In this document: piece by piece, positions 26,007-39,928 of the stretch | Layout: every line of letters begins with the position of its first letter | How positions within the stretch are numbered: the first letter of the stretch is position 1 | DNA from: Stegostoma tigrinum | Taxonomy: Eukaryota | Length of the DNA stretch: 64,000 nucleotides | Assembly (NCBI RefSeq): GCF_030684315.1 | Contig: NC_081362.1 | Span: 8,488,589-8,552,588, forward strand | Reading direction: 5' to 3' | Made by a program: the position numbers and the translations under genes | The notes under the pieces: generated by a model | The model's input: the letters and a program-made list of their open reading frames with translations, nothing else | What the model was told of the DNA's origin: nothing | Database searches by the model: none

Positions 26007-26102
26007 TTCTGATGAAGTGTCTAGGCCCAAAATGTCAGCTTTTGTGCATCTAAGACGCTGCTTGGCCTGCTGTGTTCATCCAGCTCCACACTTTGCTATC
26101 TC
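26007..26102 (+). mobile_element. Single-arm family A Penelope derivative, 12-bp TSD
   Basis: ctgatgaagtgtctaggcccaaaatgtcagc; TSD tagtta(t/c)ctctt at 25995-26006 and 26103-26114. Confidence 0.85.
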
Positions 26103-27444
26103 TAGTTACCTCTTGAAGTGTTTTAAACATTATGAACTGGAGAGGAAATTGCTCACTTCATATCTTTGCAAAAAACACATGATGAAACCATAGAAGAATG
26201 TTCACAGATGTGGGGTCATTGACAATGGCATCTTTAAAAAATATTCTGTTGAAATTTTGAGCTAGGCCTTGCTGTTCACCTTGAAAAGGGGCCACCAAAT
26301 GCCAGCGAGAGAGAAGCCAATGATGACTTAATTGATTACCTGGCAGAGAGCTCAAAAATAAATAGAGAGGAGGAGGGTTGCTGAGGAAGGTAGGTGATGA
26401 TGGGTGAGTGCAGGCAGGGAGCAGTGGGAACTGGTCAGTGAAGTGGGAGGAGCAGAAGGGTGGGAGAGAACATGGAAAGGTTGCGTCAGGTCAAGGAGTC
26501 AGGCATGAGTTCATCTTATGATCTTTTCTCAATAAAGTTAGGTTGTCTTTGGAATAGCTCCCATTTTCTGGCTCAGCTCTGGGCCTGGGCCCAGGCTCCA
26601 CCACCGACAACACTGCGGCAGCTACTCTTCACCACACACTCTGTCCCTCTCCAACTGTACTCTCTCTGGAAACTCAGCTGGGGCAAAGAACACCATCTGT
26701 GTTCATTTCTCCACAGGAGGGAGAATATCCCTCCAAAACGTGAACCAGGCTCCTCCAAAGTCATTGTAGAGGCAGGATTCCATGTCGGATATCTGCAGAT
26801 TTATCCGGACTGCCAGTTCTCACCAAGTACAAGCAGCAACAGTCAGGCAACAGAGAATACAAAACCTGAGCATTAGTGGGTCATTCTGTACAATGCCTGG
26901 CACGTGGAAGGCGACAAATATTTGTAGGTTTCGGATCATAATTTGGATTGTTCAACTTTATCCAGAACGGGAATGTTACAAGAACCTTCCAAACCTCCCT
27001 TATAGAACAACAGGCCAGGATTTTCCCATTTTCAGACTGATAAAGAGAGCAAAACGGTTTCCGGAAGGGAATTATTCAAGCTTTTTTTCCCAAAATATAT
27101 CTTCAGAGGGCCAGTGTGGACTCTGGGCTGAATGGCCTGGTTTCAAACTGTAGGTTTTTTTTCCAACATAATTGGTCAGTGAATGAGGATCACATCCAGG
27201 ATTCTGTGACATATCCTAACCCTAAGCCGACCTGTGTAAATGGTCAATTACTGCAGTTCTCCCTTACAGGGCCTCACAAGTACAGTCCATTCCCTCAGAA
27301 ATAAAGCAATAATTTACTTCCACGACCTAGTCTGAGCAAGGTGCTGCTGGTAGGCATTTATCATTTCCATTTCACACTTGTGATACAGATGAGAATGGAA
27401 GGTGACACACAGCACTTACTGTATGGCTTGCTGAATGGCCTGGA

Positions 27445-27815
27445 GGGAATACTGAATGGCCTGGACAGAGGGGATGTTGAGATGCTGTTTCCATTGGTAG
27501 GAGAGACTAGGACCCGAGGGCACTGCCTTAGAGTAAACTGAAGACCTTTTAAAACAGTCATAAAGAGAAACTTCTTCAGTCAGAGAGTGGTGTATCTATG
27601 GAATTCACTACCACAGAGGGCTGTAGAAGCCAGGTCATTGAGTATATTTAAAAAGGAGATAGATAGGTTCTTGATTATCAGGGAGATCGGGCATTATGGG
27701 GAGAAAGCAGAAGAATGGGATTGCGGAAACTATCAGCCGTGATGGAACGGTGGAGTAGACTTGATGGGCTGAATGGCCTAACTTCTGCTCCAATCTCTTA
27801 TGGTCTTATATTCTA
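27445..27815 (+). mobile_element. CR1 3' fragment
   Basis: LFPLVGETRTRGHCLRV motif and tail. Confidence 0.88.
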
Positions 27816-27880
27816 TTCTATGGGTAAAGCAGAAAATCAATACGTTTAACAAGCTGGTTAAGGCATGATGGGCCAAACAA

Positions 27881-29196
27881 ACTGGCCCTCTCTGTCTCCA
27901 TCTCAGGCCACCAGCTAAAAACTGATGTCCACTTCAAGCCCCCTGACTCCCACAGCTACCAGAATGCACCTCCTCCCACCCACCCCCTGCAAAAATTCCA
28001 GCCCCTATTCCCAATTCCTTTGCCTCCGCCACATCTGCTCCCAGGATGGGCATTCCACTCCCGCACATCCCAGATGTCCAAGTTCTTCAAGGACCACAAC
28101 TTTCCCCCCCACAGTGATCGAGAACGCCCTTGACCGTGTCTCCCGCATTTCCCGCAACACATCCCTCACACCCCGCCCCTGCAATAACCGCCCTCAGAGA
28201 AGCCCCCTCATCCTGACATACCATCCCACCAACCTCTGGATACAAAGCATCATCCTCCAACACTTCCGCCATCTACAATCCGACCCCTCCACATTTTCCC
28301 AACCCCACCCTTGTCTGCCTTCCGGAGAGACCACTCTCTCTGTGACTCCCTTGTCTGCTCCACACTCCCCCCCCTCCACCCCAACAAACCCACCACACCC
28401 AGCACCTTCCCCTGCAACCGCAGGAAATGCTACACTTGCCCCCACACCTCCTCCCTCACCCCCAACCCAGGCCCCAAGATGGCTTTCCATATTAAGCAGA
28501 TGTTCACCTGCACATCTGCCAATGTAGTATACTCTACCCACTGTACCCGGTGTGGCTTCCTCTACATTGGGAAAACCAAGCGGAGGCTTGGGGACCACTT
28601 TGCAGAACACCTCTGCTCAGTTTCGCAACAAACAACTGCACTTCCCAGTCACGAACCATTTTAACTCCCCCTCCCATTCCTCAGACGACATGTCCATCAT
28701 GGACTTCCTGCAGTGCCACAATGATGCCACCCGAAGGTTGCAGGAACAGCAACTCATATTCCGCTTGGGAACCCTGCAGCCCAATGGTATCAATGTGGAC
28801 TTCACAAGCTTCAAAATCTCCCCTTCCCCCACCGCATCACAAAACCAGCCCAGCTCGTCCCCGCCTCCCTAACCTGTTCTTCCTCTCACCTATCCCCTCC
28901 TCCCACCTCAAGCCACACCTCCATTTCCCACCTACTAACCTCATCCCGGCTCCTTGACCTGTCCGTCCTCCCCAGACTGACCTATCCCCTTCCTACCTCC
29001 CCACCTATACTCTCCTCTCCACCTATCTTCTTTTCTCTCCATCTTCGGTCCGCCTTCCCCTCTCTCCCTATTTATTCCAGAACCCTCTCCCCATCTCCCT
29101 CTCTGATGAATGGTCTGGGGCCGAAACATCAGCTTTTGTGCTCCTGAGATGCTGCTTGGCCTGCTGTGTTCATCCAGCTCCACATTTTGTTATCTT
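27881..29196 (+). mobile_element. 5'-truncated, frameshifted Penelope-like retroelement (Neptune-type): RT C-terminus, Cys-rich linker, GIY-YIG endonuclease, 3' terminal repeat with hammerhead
   Basis: Across frames: KTDVHFKPPDSHSY, PYSQFLCLRHICSQD, PCNRRKCYTC, FTCTSANVVY..HCTRCGFLYIGKTKRRLGDHFAEH and EQQLIFRLGTLQPNGINVDF. ctgatgaatggtctggggccgaaacatc at 29103-29130. Confidence 0.93.
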
Positions 29197-29882
29197 CCTG
29201 AGCTGTGTCATCTCCTTCTGTGATACTGAAGGTCAGGGTCACAGATTCTCCCTGCCTCCCTCTCTCCTGCCATACATTTGCTTTATGTATAAAATTTTAT
29301 TTCCAAAAGAATGTGACTGGACTTTGGGGCAGTTGGAGATCCCAAACCAAAAGAGAAAATGACAGTGTGCATCAAATTCTATTCCCTGGAGGTGGGAACC
29401 AGGCACCGAGACTATGACTGGATCCCTTGAGTCATTCCCTGAAAGGGACAGCCACTGACTGGAATTTTGACTGGGACACTGTCTCAGTTAGCAAGGTGCT
29501 CTGAAAAGATGGAGAGCAGAACCAGAGCCGATGATTCTTGCTTCAAATCAGCGTTGCTGTGCAGTGAAAGGTAAGTGGCTCTTCAATGAGAAAGAACTTT
29601 TCGAAAAGTTTAATTGAAAGGTACAAAACACAAACAGGCCACCACAAGAGGTTGGAGTGGGACTGAGGAGGTGGCGTAGGGGGGTGCAACAGAGGGTTCT
29701 CCACTGGGAGGCCTTAGACTTCATCTTTACCCAGGGGGGGCAAGAATGATCTGAACAAACACGGATATGACCAGAGAGACTCAACAGGTTCGGCATTGTC
29801 TTTGTAGGCAGATACAGTGTTAACATCTTGATTTGAGTCTACATTCTGATGAAGAGTCAAACCAGGCTCGAAATATTTACAT

Positions 29883-30117
29883 TGTGCAGTTATTTCAAGA
29901 GCCAGAAGGCAGTATCCCATCACCAAGTCACCCTTTATTTACATGCACACAGTACATGGACTCTGACCAGCCAGCTCAGAACCAGTCCCTAGACGGAGGA
30001 GACTCTCTGGATCTCCTGTTTATGTCTGTCAGCCTGGGCTCCCTGATTGGGGCTGTTAACTTTGGCCAATAAGGAATCTCATACTCAGAGATCCACTGGC
30101 CCTCATTCCAATCACTA
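29883..30117 (-). mobile_element. Probable solo LTR inserted into a family C hammerhead-bearing element
   Basis: A 235-bp block splits ctgatgaagagtc..gctcgaaat from tctctccacagatgctgccagacc. On the minus strand it has CCAAT (30046-30050), cataaa (30019-30024) and AATAAA (29934-29939) in LTR order and ends in ...ACA. Confidence 0.55.
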
Positions 30118-30759
30118 GTCATTCTCTCCACAGATGCTGCCAGACCTGCTGAGCTTCTCCAGCCTTCTGCGTGTTTGTTTCAGACTTCCAGCATTTTGCT
30201 ATTTATGGTGGAAACATCAGCAACTCAGACCACCTCCCCAAACAGCTGAGCCCTCCCTCCACTCCTCTGCTCCCGGAAACTGGAGACCAACAGGAGAATC
30301 CCAGTCAGCCTCCATGACTTCACATGCACATGATTAAGGAACCATGTGCCGATACTGGCTGAGGCTACTGGAAAACCGGAACACTGGCCCACGCTGATAT
30401 TTCCAGGCCCTGGCGACAAACATTGACATGACCTCTGCGAAGACGAAAATTTTGTTTTAGACCAACCAAAATAAAAGTACACATGGCAGGACACAAATAG
30501 AAAAAACTGGGACCAAATTCACATAGCCATGACAACAAATTTACCTGTTATCCAGCAACTGGTCATTCTCATGCAACTGGCAAAAATTAAGAAAGGAAAT
30601 TTACCATTTTTAACAGGTTTCTTCAAACCAAAAAATCCACTTGAATTTGGCATGCCTCGTTGCAATGCGTGAATGTTTAGCTGCCCAGTGGTAGTTCTCC
30701 CAGCTGCCACTAATAATGCTGTCCACTGTCCTCTCTCACGGAGGCACCATTACTGGACG

Positions 30760-30938
30760 AACACAGTGCAGAGCTGGACGAACACAACAGGCCAGGCAGC
30801 ATCAGAGGAGCAGGAAAACTGATGTTTCGGGTCAGCTTTCTTGCTTTCCTGTTCCTCTGATGCTGCCTGGCCTGCTATGTTCCTCTAGCTCCACACTGTG
30901 TTATCTCTGACTCCGGTATCGGCAGTTCTTACTATCTC
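30760..30938. mobile_element. Palindromic Penelope-derived mini-element (family B)
   Basis: Inverted arms gccaggcagcatcagagga and tcctctgatgctgcctggc, with tail ggcagttcttactatctc. Confidence 0.88.
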
Positions 30939-31984
30939 ACGACTATAGGGCTGGCTGGTTGTGTTACTATGATGTGTTTCCATATGGATACTTCTGATGC
31001 AACTGGGCAGATTCATGTAAACACTGCCCTCCCTCCTTGCCCTGTGTATGCCAGATAACTGGGAGTTTCCAAACCATGTTTGGATTAGGCCACATAAAAG
31101 TTTCTGTAGTCAATGTTTTATTGTAAAGCAATCGAAAAAAATGGGGTGGGGGGGGAGAATATTAATTTGTTTTAGTTGATTACAGAAGTACTATAAGATC
31201 AGTTCCTACTGCTTGCCATTAATAATACATTGATAAACAAATGTGTAACAAGCCAACTTCGAAATTTTCCACTTCAAACGGTGAGGTTAATATGGTGTGC
31301 CTCTTTGCAACAATTTGAATTTACAACTTCACCTCGCATACAAAAATGCCCAAGGCACCACCTGAGGACGTAGTCATTGCTGTTTATATACTGGTCGTAT
31401 TTGCAGTGTTTTCAATTCAAACCGAGAGGCATCCCTCAATATTCCAACGCATAATCCAACCGTGGACACAAATACTGTGCCAATCTGCATTAACCGCCAT
31501 GCTTTCTGTCACCGGCGTCTGAAGGTTTGCTGTCGGCCTGGTTACTCTGCCAGCCAGCTGCAATGTTTTTATGTCCTTGTGTTTTAATCTTCATTCACCA
31601 AATGTGGATATCGCTGTGAAGGCTATCATTCAACGTCCTTTAAAAAAGTGTTGGGAGCTATTTTCTCAAACTGCTGCCTTATATACTCTCAAAGCACTGC
31701 CTGGGAGGCACTGTCAGGATCTGACCCGGCGCCCTGAAAGAACGGTGATATTCTTCCGCACAACGATGGGGTGTTACTTGGAGGGGAGCTCTCAGGTGGC
31801 GCGATGCCTGCAGCACGTGTCTTTCCAGGGGCCAGACCTTGTAGGTTCGGAAGGTTCAAGGTGGCCATGGCAGGTTGCTGCAACGTGTCTCGCAGACGGT
31901 ACCCAGTGCTGCCACCACGCATCACTGGTGGAGGGAATGAACGTGAAAGGTGGTGGACAGGGAGCTGCCGTGTCCTGGATGGTA

Positions 31985-33950
31985 CATGTGAACGTACGAA
32001 TCAGGAACAGGCATAGGCCAATCAACCTCTGTAGCCTGCTCCATCCATCAATAAGATCAGACTGCTGGTTCAAATCCACATTCCCACCTAACCATGAGAA
32101 ACCTTTCAAACCCTTGTCTGCCAAGAATCGATCTAACTCTGCCTGAAAAATATTCAAGGGCTCTGCTTCCTTTCCAGGAAGAGTTAAAAAACTTGTAATG
32201 TTAAGAGAAAACAATTTTACCACAACTCCAGTTCTACAACCTACCATAAAAGGAAACATTCTCCACACATATAACCTGTCAAGACTTTTAAGTTTCAAAC
32301 AAGGCTCCTTTTATACTTCTAAACTCCAGTGGACACAAGTCTAGCCTGTCCAACCTTTCCTCGTAAGATCTCAGGTATTTGTTTGGTAAACACTCTCTGA
32401 ACTGCCTCCAACATATTAACATCCTTCCCGAATCAGATAACTAATGCTGTGCGCACTACTCCAGATGCGGTCTCACAGGTGCCCTGTGTAAATGAAAGTA
32501 TACCCTCCAAACTTGTTGTACACAAAAGAATTACACCACTCTACTCGATTTTCTAATTACTTGCTGTACCTGTATTTTGCAAGCCATGCACAAGGATCCC
32601 TCTGCATCTCAGAGCTCTGCAATCTTTCACTCTTTGGAAAACATGCTTCTTTTTTATTCTTCCAGTCAAAATAGACAGTTTTGAACTTTCCTGCATTGTT
32701 CGACATTTCTGGCCATCTGTATCTTCTAAGGAGCTCTTTTTGACCTCTTTTTGTGTCAACTCAATTTGTGTCATGAGCAAATTTGGCAGCTACACCTTCC
32801 ATCCCTTTGTTTAAACCATTTGCATTAATTACAAACAGTCCAGGTCCCAGTACCGATCCCTATGGCACACCAAATGGTGATATCCTGCTTTTCTGAAAAA
32901 AATCCACTCACATCTACTCACTGCTTCCTGTCAACCAGCTGATACTCAATCCATGCCAATATGCCACCCCCTTCACCATGATCAATTATTTTCCATCAAA
33001 AACAACTTTGGTATGCCACTTTATCAAACATTTTCTGGAAATTGAGGTAAAGTACATCCAATAGTTCCCCTTAATTCACAATATATGTCACCTCTTCAAA
33101 GAATGCTAACAGATTGGTCAAACATGATTTCCCTTTCACAAAACCATGTTGACTCTGCCTGATTAAATACCCTCTAACATATTCAAAAGCAGCTTCAAGT
33201 ATTTTCCCTATTACAAACAATAAGCTAGCTGGTCTATAGTTTCCTGTCTCCCCCTTTTGAATAACTTCCAATCTAAATAGGACTATCCTAGAATCAAGTG
33301 AGATTTGGAAAATAAATAAATACCGATGCTTCAACTACCTTACTAGCCAATTCTTTAAGACCCTAGAATGCAATCTATCAGGAGCCAGACACTTGGCAGC
33401 ACACATCTCCAATAATTTAATCAGTACCACTTTTCTGGCCAGTGTGATTTTCCTGAGTTCCTCCCTTTCACCAGTTTTCTGTTTATTGAAGCTTCTGGGA
33501 CATCACTTGTATCATCTATAGTGAACAGCTGATGGAAAATAGCTGTTCAATGCTTCTGCAATTTCCTCATTTTCTATAACTACTTCTCCAGTCTTACTTT
33601 CTCAGGGTCCAACAATCAGTTTCTTAAGGCTTTTCTTTAAATATTTGCATAATTTCTGAATAACTGTTTTCATAATTCTGGCTAGCTCTGTCTCAAATAC
33701 TAATTTTTCACTCTTTATAAATTTGTTGCTCATTTTTCATAGTACATAGATTCTGATAAATCTTCCGACCTGCCGTCTATCCGAGTAGAGTCTTAGATTT
33801 TTCTTAACTTTTCATACCATCTTTAACATTACAAATTAACTACAGGTGGTAAGTCTGTCCTTGGAAATTTTCTTACTCCTTAGAAACAAAAAAAAACTGG
33901 TGCAGTAGACCATTCAGCCTTTCAAATCAGCCACGATCTTATTAAATGGC
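31985..33950 (-). mobile_element. Old CR1 LINE covering the RT domain to the 3' end, with internal deletions
   Basis: NYRPASLLFVIGKILE...QSQHGFVKGKSCLTNLLAFFEEVT (ORF 33071-33334). Confidence 0.88.
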
Positions 33951-35658
33951 GAAGCAGACTTAATGGGCTGATTGGCCGACTTCTGCTCTTAAGCTTTATA
34001 GTCTTATTGTTTTATTGACATACCCATTAACTTGATTTGGCAATTCACTTTAGGTCTGTTTTCATGCCCTCATAAAATTTAATTAATTTAACTTTTATTT
34101 TATAAAGTAGCCTTAGACCCATTCTTCTCTCCCCCATGCTGAATGTAACATTCAATCATTTTATCATCACCCAGGAGCCCTCAATCATCAAGTGATTAAT
34201 TAATCATTTTACATTGCACAAATCCTGGTCTATAATAGATTGGCACTGAGCTTCTTAAGAGTTGGCAAACCTGCATTCATATAACACACTCGTGGCCTGT
34301 GTGTTAGACAAGTAAACAGGCTTTATGGGACTGGACTAAAACTCAGAACAAAGAAAAAAATCCTGCTTATATACGAATCCCTGCAATTTGCAAAGTAATT
34401 TACGTACTATAAAATTCCTCCAATTTTCTGCTTCAAAGACAAATACAAATATTATTAAAATAAACATGGGAATCCAATGGCGTAGATTCCAGTGAGGACA
34501 AACATATCTTGCCCTGTACCACTTGGGAATAAGATGTGCAATCAGTTCATGTGCAGATGCTGCTCTGACAAACCTAATGAAAGGTTCTGTTCCCTCACAG
34601 CAGGAATCACAAAACAGAATTCTACAGCCAGGAATAATCAACTGTTATCTTCAAACTATGGACAAAATGGCAAAAATCAAAAACTTCCTTCAAATATTGC
34701 CATTGTAGCAGAAGGTGTAGCTGAGATCTGCTGGATAATGGCAGTGTAAACATCTCTGAGTAATTATCCTTCTATCCAAACTTGGAAGCCCCTAGTATAG
34801 GTCAATATGGAAGGTGTTGCTTATTCATGCAATGATTTCTAGTTCAGCCTGTGAATGAAACCGGGCTCTGCAGCTTAAATTCCGCCCATCGACATGGGAT
34901 CGAGGATTCATCCCATTATCCAGGCTAGGCCTCACTTTTCACGGAATTAGCTGGCCTTCAGACAAAATCATCTATAGATCCAGATCACAGTGAAGAGGTT
35001 GGGGCAGGGGGATTCTGAGAGGTGAAAGTAAACAGCAGCACTGAACAAAATCCTCCCCATAACCAGCAGAACGAGATAGCTGCGGCAAATCTGATTGCCG
35101 CCTCGTGTGTCCAGTGCTAAACCAAACTACGCTGCAAGCTGGTCCAACTGGCCCATTTATCAGAGCCTTAACACCATAGAACCATTGTAAAAACGGGCAC
35201 ATTTTAATCACACATTCCTGTTAACTGTCAGCCTTCTGCCTCTCATCATACTTCACCCATCCGTATTGAATCGCAAGTACATTTAGCAAAAGAGGGCATA
35301 AACAAAAATGGTGAGTCAAATAATTTGCAGCTCATTCTTCATGCAAGTGGCATCTGAGACTCTATGCAAACTGTATTTCTCTCTATTTTTTGATTCACAA
35401 TAGCAAATGTCTTCTCTGGTCCCTTGCACAATTTCAGAACTGAACCTCGCAGATTCCCAGGTTCAAATTACTATAACTAAATTATAAACCACATTTTACG
35501 GTTGTAAAGTCATCACAAATGGCACTACTCCTAGTAACTGTTGTCACTCTGTGAAACTAACAGCAAGAGTAGAAATACAAGGAAAAACAGAAGCAATTCT
35601 CTGCTTCTCCACAGGGTGTGCTACTGACGTTCCCAGAAGGAAAGAACTATCAGAAATC

Positions 35659-35900
35659 AGTGGTTAGCACTGCTGCCTCACAGTGCCAGGGTCTTGAATC
35701 CAATCCCATTCTTGGGCAATTGTTTGTGTGGAGTTTACATGTTCTCCCCATGTCTGTGCAGGGCCCTCTGGTGCTCTGGTTTCCTCCAACAATGTGCAAG
35801 ATGGGTGGATTGACCATGGCAAATGCAGGGTTACAGGAATTGGGTGGGATTGTCTTCTGGAGGGTCAGTGTCAACTTGATGGGCTGAGTGGTCTGCTTTC
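35659..35900 (+). mobile_element. HE1 SINE (partial)
   Basis: agtggttagcactgctgcctcacag head and V-domain. Confidence 0.82.
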
Positions 35901-36574
35901 CTCTTTAAAAAGTTACACTGGGTTAGTGATGCATTATTTGGTTTCTTAACTGTGTCCTATGATATAATTACTTTGGATCAACCCCCCAACCCCAGACCAA
36001 AAAGCCTAATTTCACTATCGATGAATTCCCAAAAAAAATCCCCATTCCTTCAAAATTATTGTCAATTCCTGAAATAACAAAGAAGTTACTTTTTTCCCAA
36101 GTTTATAATATTTTAATGCTCCCTTAATGTGGATGCCCTAATCTTAACCTGTGCCTTATAATTTTGTATCATGCCTATGAGAAAACACTGTCAAAAAGGA
36201 ACAGACCACAAATTTATTTTTTTCGGCTTTAACACTAATGAATATAATAGTATGCACGCTGCGACAGATAAAAATGTCAAACAATGACAGCTTACATTAA
36301 TACACCACCCTGAATGGAATAAAGCATCCAAGATGCTTCCAACAATGATACAAAGCACAGAACGGTGCTGCTTCTTTCGAAAGCCAGGCAGTGTGAAAAC
36401 ACGAGGAAACATAATCCCCAAGTCAACAACTCGCTGGATCTCAATCAGCTACAGTTTTCACAGCCATTTGCTGCAGGATGCAGAGGTGCAGGTCAGCCCT
36501 GTCAGTTACTTATGCATCCAACCACTACTCTCCAGATCTTTGCCTCAAAGGGTGAGCGAGGCAAACTATGATTT

Positions 36575-37050
36575 GGAGTCATAGAGGTTTATAAAATCAT
36601 GAGGAGAGTGGACAGAGTAAATAGACAAGGTCTCTTCCCTGGCGTGGGGATGTCCAAAACTACAGGGCATAGGTTTAAGGTGAGGGGGCTGGGGGGGTTT
36701 AAAAGGGTCCCAAAGGGCAATGTTTTCATGCAGAGTAAATGGAATGAGCTGCAGAGGAAGTGGTGGAGACTGGTACAGTAACAACATTTAAAAGGCATGG
36801 ATACATGAATAGGAAGGGTTTAGAGGGGACATGGGCCAAATGTTGGCAAATGGGACTAGATTAACTTAGTATATCTGGTTGGCACGGACAAATTGGACTG
36901 AAGGGTCTGTTTTCGTGCTGTGCATCTCTATGAACCTAAGTGAAGCCATACGTTTTCCTGCTCCTCCGATGCTGCTTGGCATGCTGTGTTCATCCAGCTC
37001 TACACCTTGTTGTCTCAGATTCTCCAGTATCGGCAGTTCCTACTATCTCC
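36575..37050 (+). mobile_element. CR1 3' end (~36575-36932) followed by a family B Penelope terminal fragment (~36952-37049)
   Basis: GLFPGVGMSKTTGHRFKVRG; ttcctgctcctccgatgctgcttggc...ggcagttcctactatctc. Confidence 0.85.
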
Positions 37051-37477
37051 GCTTGGTAAAAGTGTTAGGTCTGAAGTGATATTGTAAAACAGCAAAGTAA
37101 GAGAAGTGGAATGGTCTGGAGAGGTTGGTCTAGAGTTTGGGACCAATACAATTAAAAGCCATACCCATAAATAGTGCAGCATTAGAAAGATGCAGATATC
37201 TTGGAGATTCAATGGGCTGGGAGAAATCACAGAGGTAAGGAGTGATAAAATCTAGAAGGGATTCTCAAGAAAGGAGGAGAATTTTTGAATCAAGCATTGT
37301 CTGGTTGGGAATCACTCTTGATAAGTGAGCAGAGGTGTGACAGAGGAACAGGACTTGTTGTGAGTTAACACAGTTTTGGATGACCTTTGATTTACAGAGG
37401 ATAGACTGTGGGACACCAGACCGGCGCGTGCTGGAATAATCAAAATCAGAGAAACAAAGGCAGGAATGAGCAGCACA

Positions 37478-37803
37478 TAGAATAGAATCTTCAATGTGTG
37501 GAAATGGGCCAATCGGCCCAACAATTCCACACCGCCCCCTCCAAACAGCATCCCACCAAGACCGATTCCCCTACCCCTGCATTTCCCAGGTCTAAACTAC
37601 CTAACCTAAACATCCCTGACCACTGCTGGGCAATTCAGCACGGCCAACCCACCTAGCCTGCACATCTTTGGACCGTTCGAGGAAACCGACGCATTCGGAG
37701 GAAACCCATGCAGAAATGGGGAGAATGTGCAAACTCCACACAGACAGTTGCTCAAGGGTGGAATCAAACCCTGGTCCCCGGAGCCGTAAGCCACCGTGCT
37801 GCC
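37478..37803 (-). mobile_element. HE1 SINE
   Basis: Full similarity to the 63189-63507 copy. Confidence 0.88.
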
Positions 37804-37994
37804 CACGTGATCTGAGAGAAGACCACAGTTGAGCGATGTTACAATTCTGAGGAAGGGTCACCTATTTTTGTTCTTCACAGATTCTGCCAGACCTGAACTT
37901 TTCCAGCACTTTTGTTGTTGTTGTGAGCAATACTATAGATGTGAAAATAGGAAGTCCTGATGATAGGATGAAAGGACATCATCAGATCTTACGG

Positions 37995-38475
37995 CCATAA
38001 GAAATAGGATGGCAAGAGGCCATTCAGTCCCTCGAGCCTGCTACACCATTCAATGCAGGATTGTGGCCGATCCTATACTCCTCATGTCCACTTTCCTGCC
38101 CTTTCCCCATAACCCTTGATTCCATAACTGCTCAAGAATCTATCTCAGCATTAAGTATACACAAGGACTCCATCCCCAAGAGTCCTCTGTGGCAAGGAGC
38201 TCAAAAGACTCTCAACCCTCAGAGGGAAGGAATTCCTCCTCTTCTTAGTCTTAAATTGCCCATTCCCCCTTCATTCTGGAGACTCTACCCTCTAAATCTA
38301 GACTCTCCCTGAGGGAAAACATCCTCTCAGCATTGACCTTATCAAGTCCTGAAGCATCCCATATGGTTCAATGAGATCACCTCTCATTCTTCTAAACTTC
38401 AGAGAGTAGAGTCCCAACTTGTTCAGCCTTTCCTCACAACACAATCACTCTGTACCAGGCATTATCCTAGTGAAC
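37995..38475 (-). mobile_element. CR1 3' fragment
   Basis: gagatcacctctcattcttctaaac is the reverse complement of the FRRMRGDL coding sequence; tail present. Confidence 0.85.
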
Positions 38476-39577
38476 ATAGGATGGTTCCACTTTGGCGCCA
38501 AAAACATGAGAGAGTTGCAAATAGACGTAATCTCAAAATTGTTGATTGGTGGTGGAGGTTGGGGAATCAAGTTGATAACCAGGAAGCATAACTTGGAGCT
38601 GGTCTGAAATCAATGACTTCAGTCTCCAAAATAATTCATTCTCTGGATAAATGCCAAAAATTATGGTTGGGGACGAGAACAGTCTTGTGCCTTTAAAGCA
38701 GTCAGTGCAATACAGCTGTAATGATTCCTTGCAGCATATCTGAAGGAAAGAAATATCACTCTTTCAAAATAAAATCAGCAAATGTTACAAGGGAGGAGAG
38801 AAAGTAGTTAAACAAAGTGGAAATCTGCCAATCATTTGAGTAAATGATGCAAAGATTCAATAAAGGAGCTCTGGACAACTTGAAATATGAAATAATTAGA
38901 TAATTTGATTGGAAATCTGGCATTTGAGGAAATGTTAAGTTGGCTAATATCCAACGACTCTTCCTTACAAATAGTGAGAAGTAGTGTTCCCTACAGTGTC
39001 AGACTGCAAGTAGCATTATTGGGAATGGAGAATGGTCTGACCAGACCTTCACACAGGAAACAGTGAAGGTATCAGTGAAAGCACATGTCAACAGAGAGTG
39101 CACATGTGGAGTAACTCTGGGTCACCATGGTGTTCCTGCTTTCCCATGGAGTATCATTTGAAGGTGCCAAGGCTACATAATGCCAGGGGCAAGTTTCCTT
39201 TGCCTGCTCGTAGTGGTCTAAATAAGCCGACAACTGGCATCTCCTCACGGCTGATATCTCCCATTTGTACGAAAGCAGAGCAACGTGCATCGATGAGGAG
39301 CGATTATGTTTTATACACAAGCAGTAATGAATTGTACACAAATGAGGGGCATTAGCTTCACTTTTCATTTCCCTATCAACAAGCTGAGATTGAAAAGTGT
39401 GGGTGTTGGGTTAGGAAACATAACGCTTGTGATATTTAAGACTGTAACTAGATGGAAAGATGTAAAGCTTGGATTTTTAGAGCCAAACTTTAGCTGAGCA
39501 AAACTCTCCTTTAAATTGGACAGAATGGTCTCTCAGAGACTGCTAATACCCCAACAACAGACTTTAAAAAATGTCAG

Positions 39578-39928
39578 CTTGGCTCAGCAGTGGCACTTGT
39601 ACCTTAAGTTAAAAAATTTACATCCAAGCATTCCACCCTCAGACAACTGTCCATATCGAGTTTGCACGTTCTCCCTATGTCTGCGTGGGTTTCCTCTGGG
39701 TGCTCCAGTTTCTCTCCCACAGTCCAAAGATGTGCAGGTAAGGGTGCGTTGGCCATGGGGAATTGTCCATGGTGTCCAGAGATGTACAGGTTAGGTGGGT
39801 TAGCTGTAGGAAATGGCTATAAACAGAGTGGGGGGCAGGTCTGGGTGGGATGCTCTTTGGAGAGTAGGTGTGGACTCGATGGGCCAAATGGCCTGCTTCC
39901 ACACTGTAGAGATTCAATGATTCTATGA
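39578..39928 (+). mobile_element. HE1 SINE
   Basis: V-domain and attcaatgattctatga tail. Confidence 0.85.

Noticed and set aside
31346-31522. 58-aa ATG ORF with a hydrophobic stretch (MPKAPPEDVVIAVYILVVFAVFS...)
   Set aside because: Length is within chance expectation, and there is no promoter or splice support.
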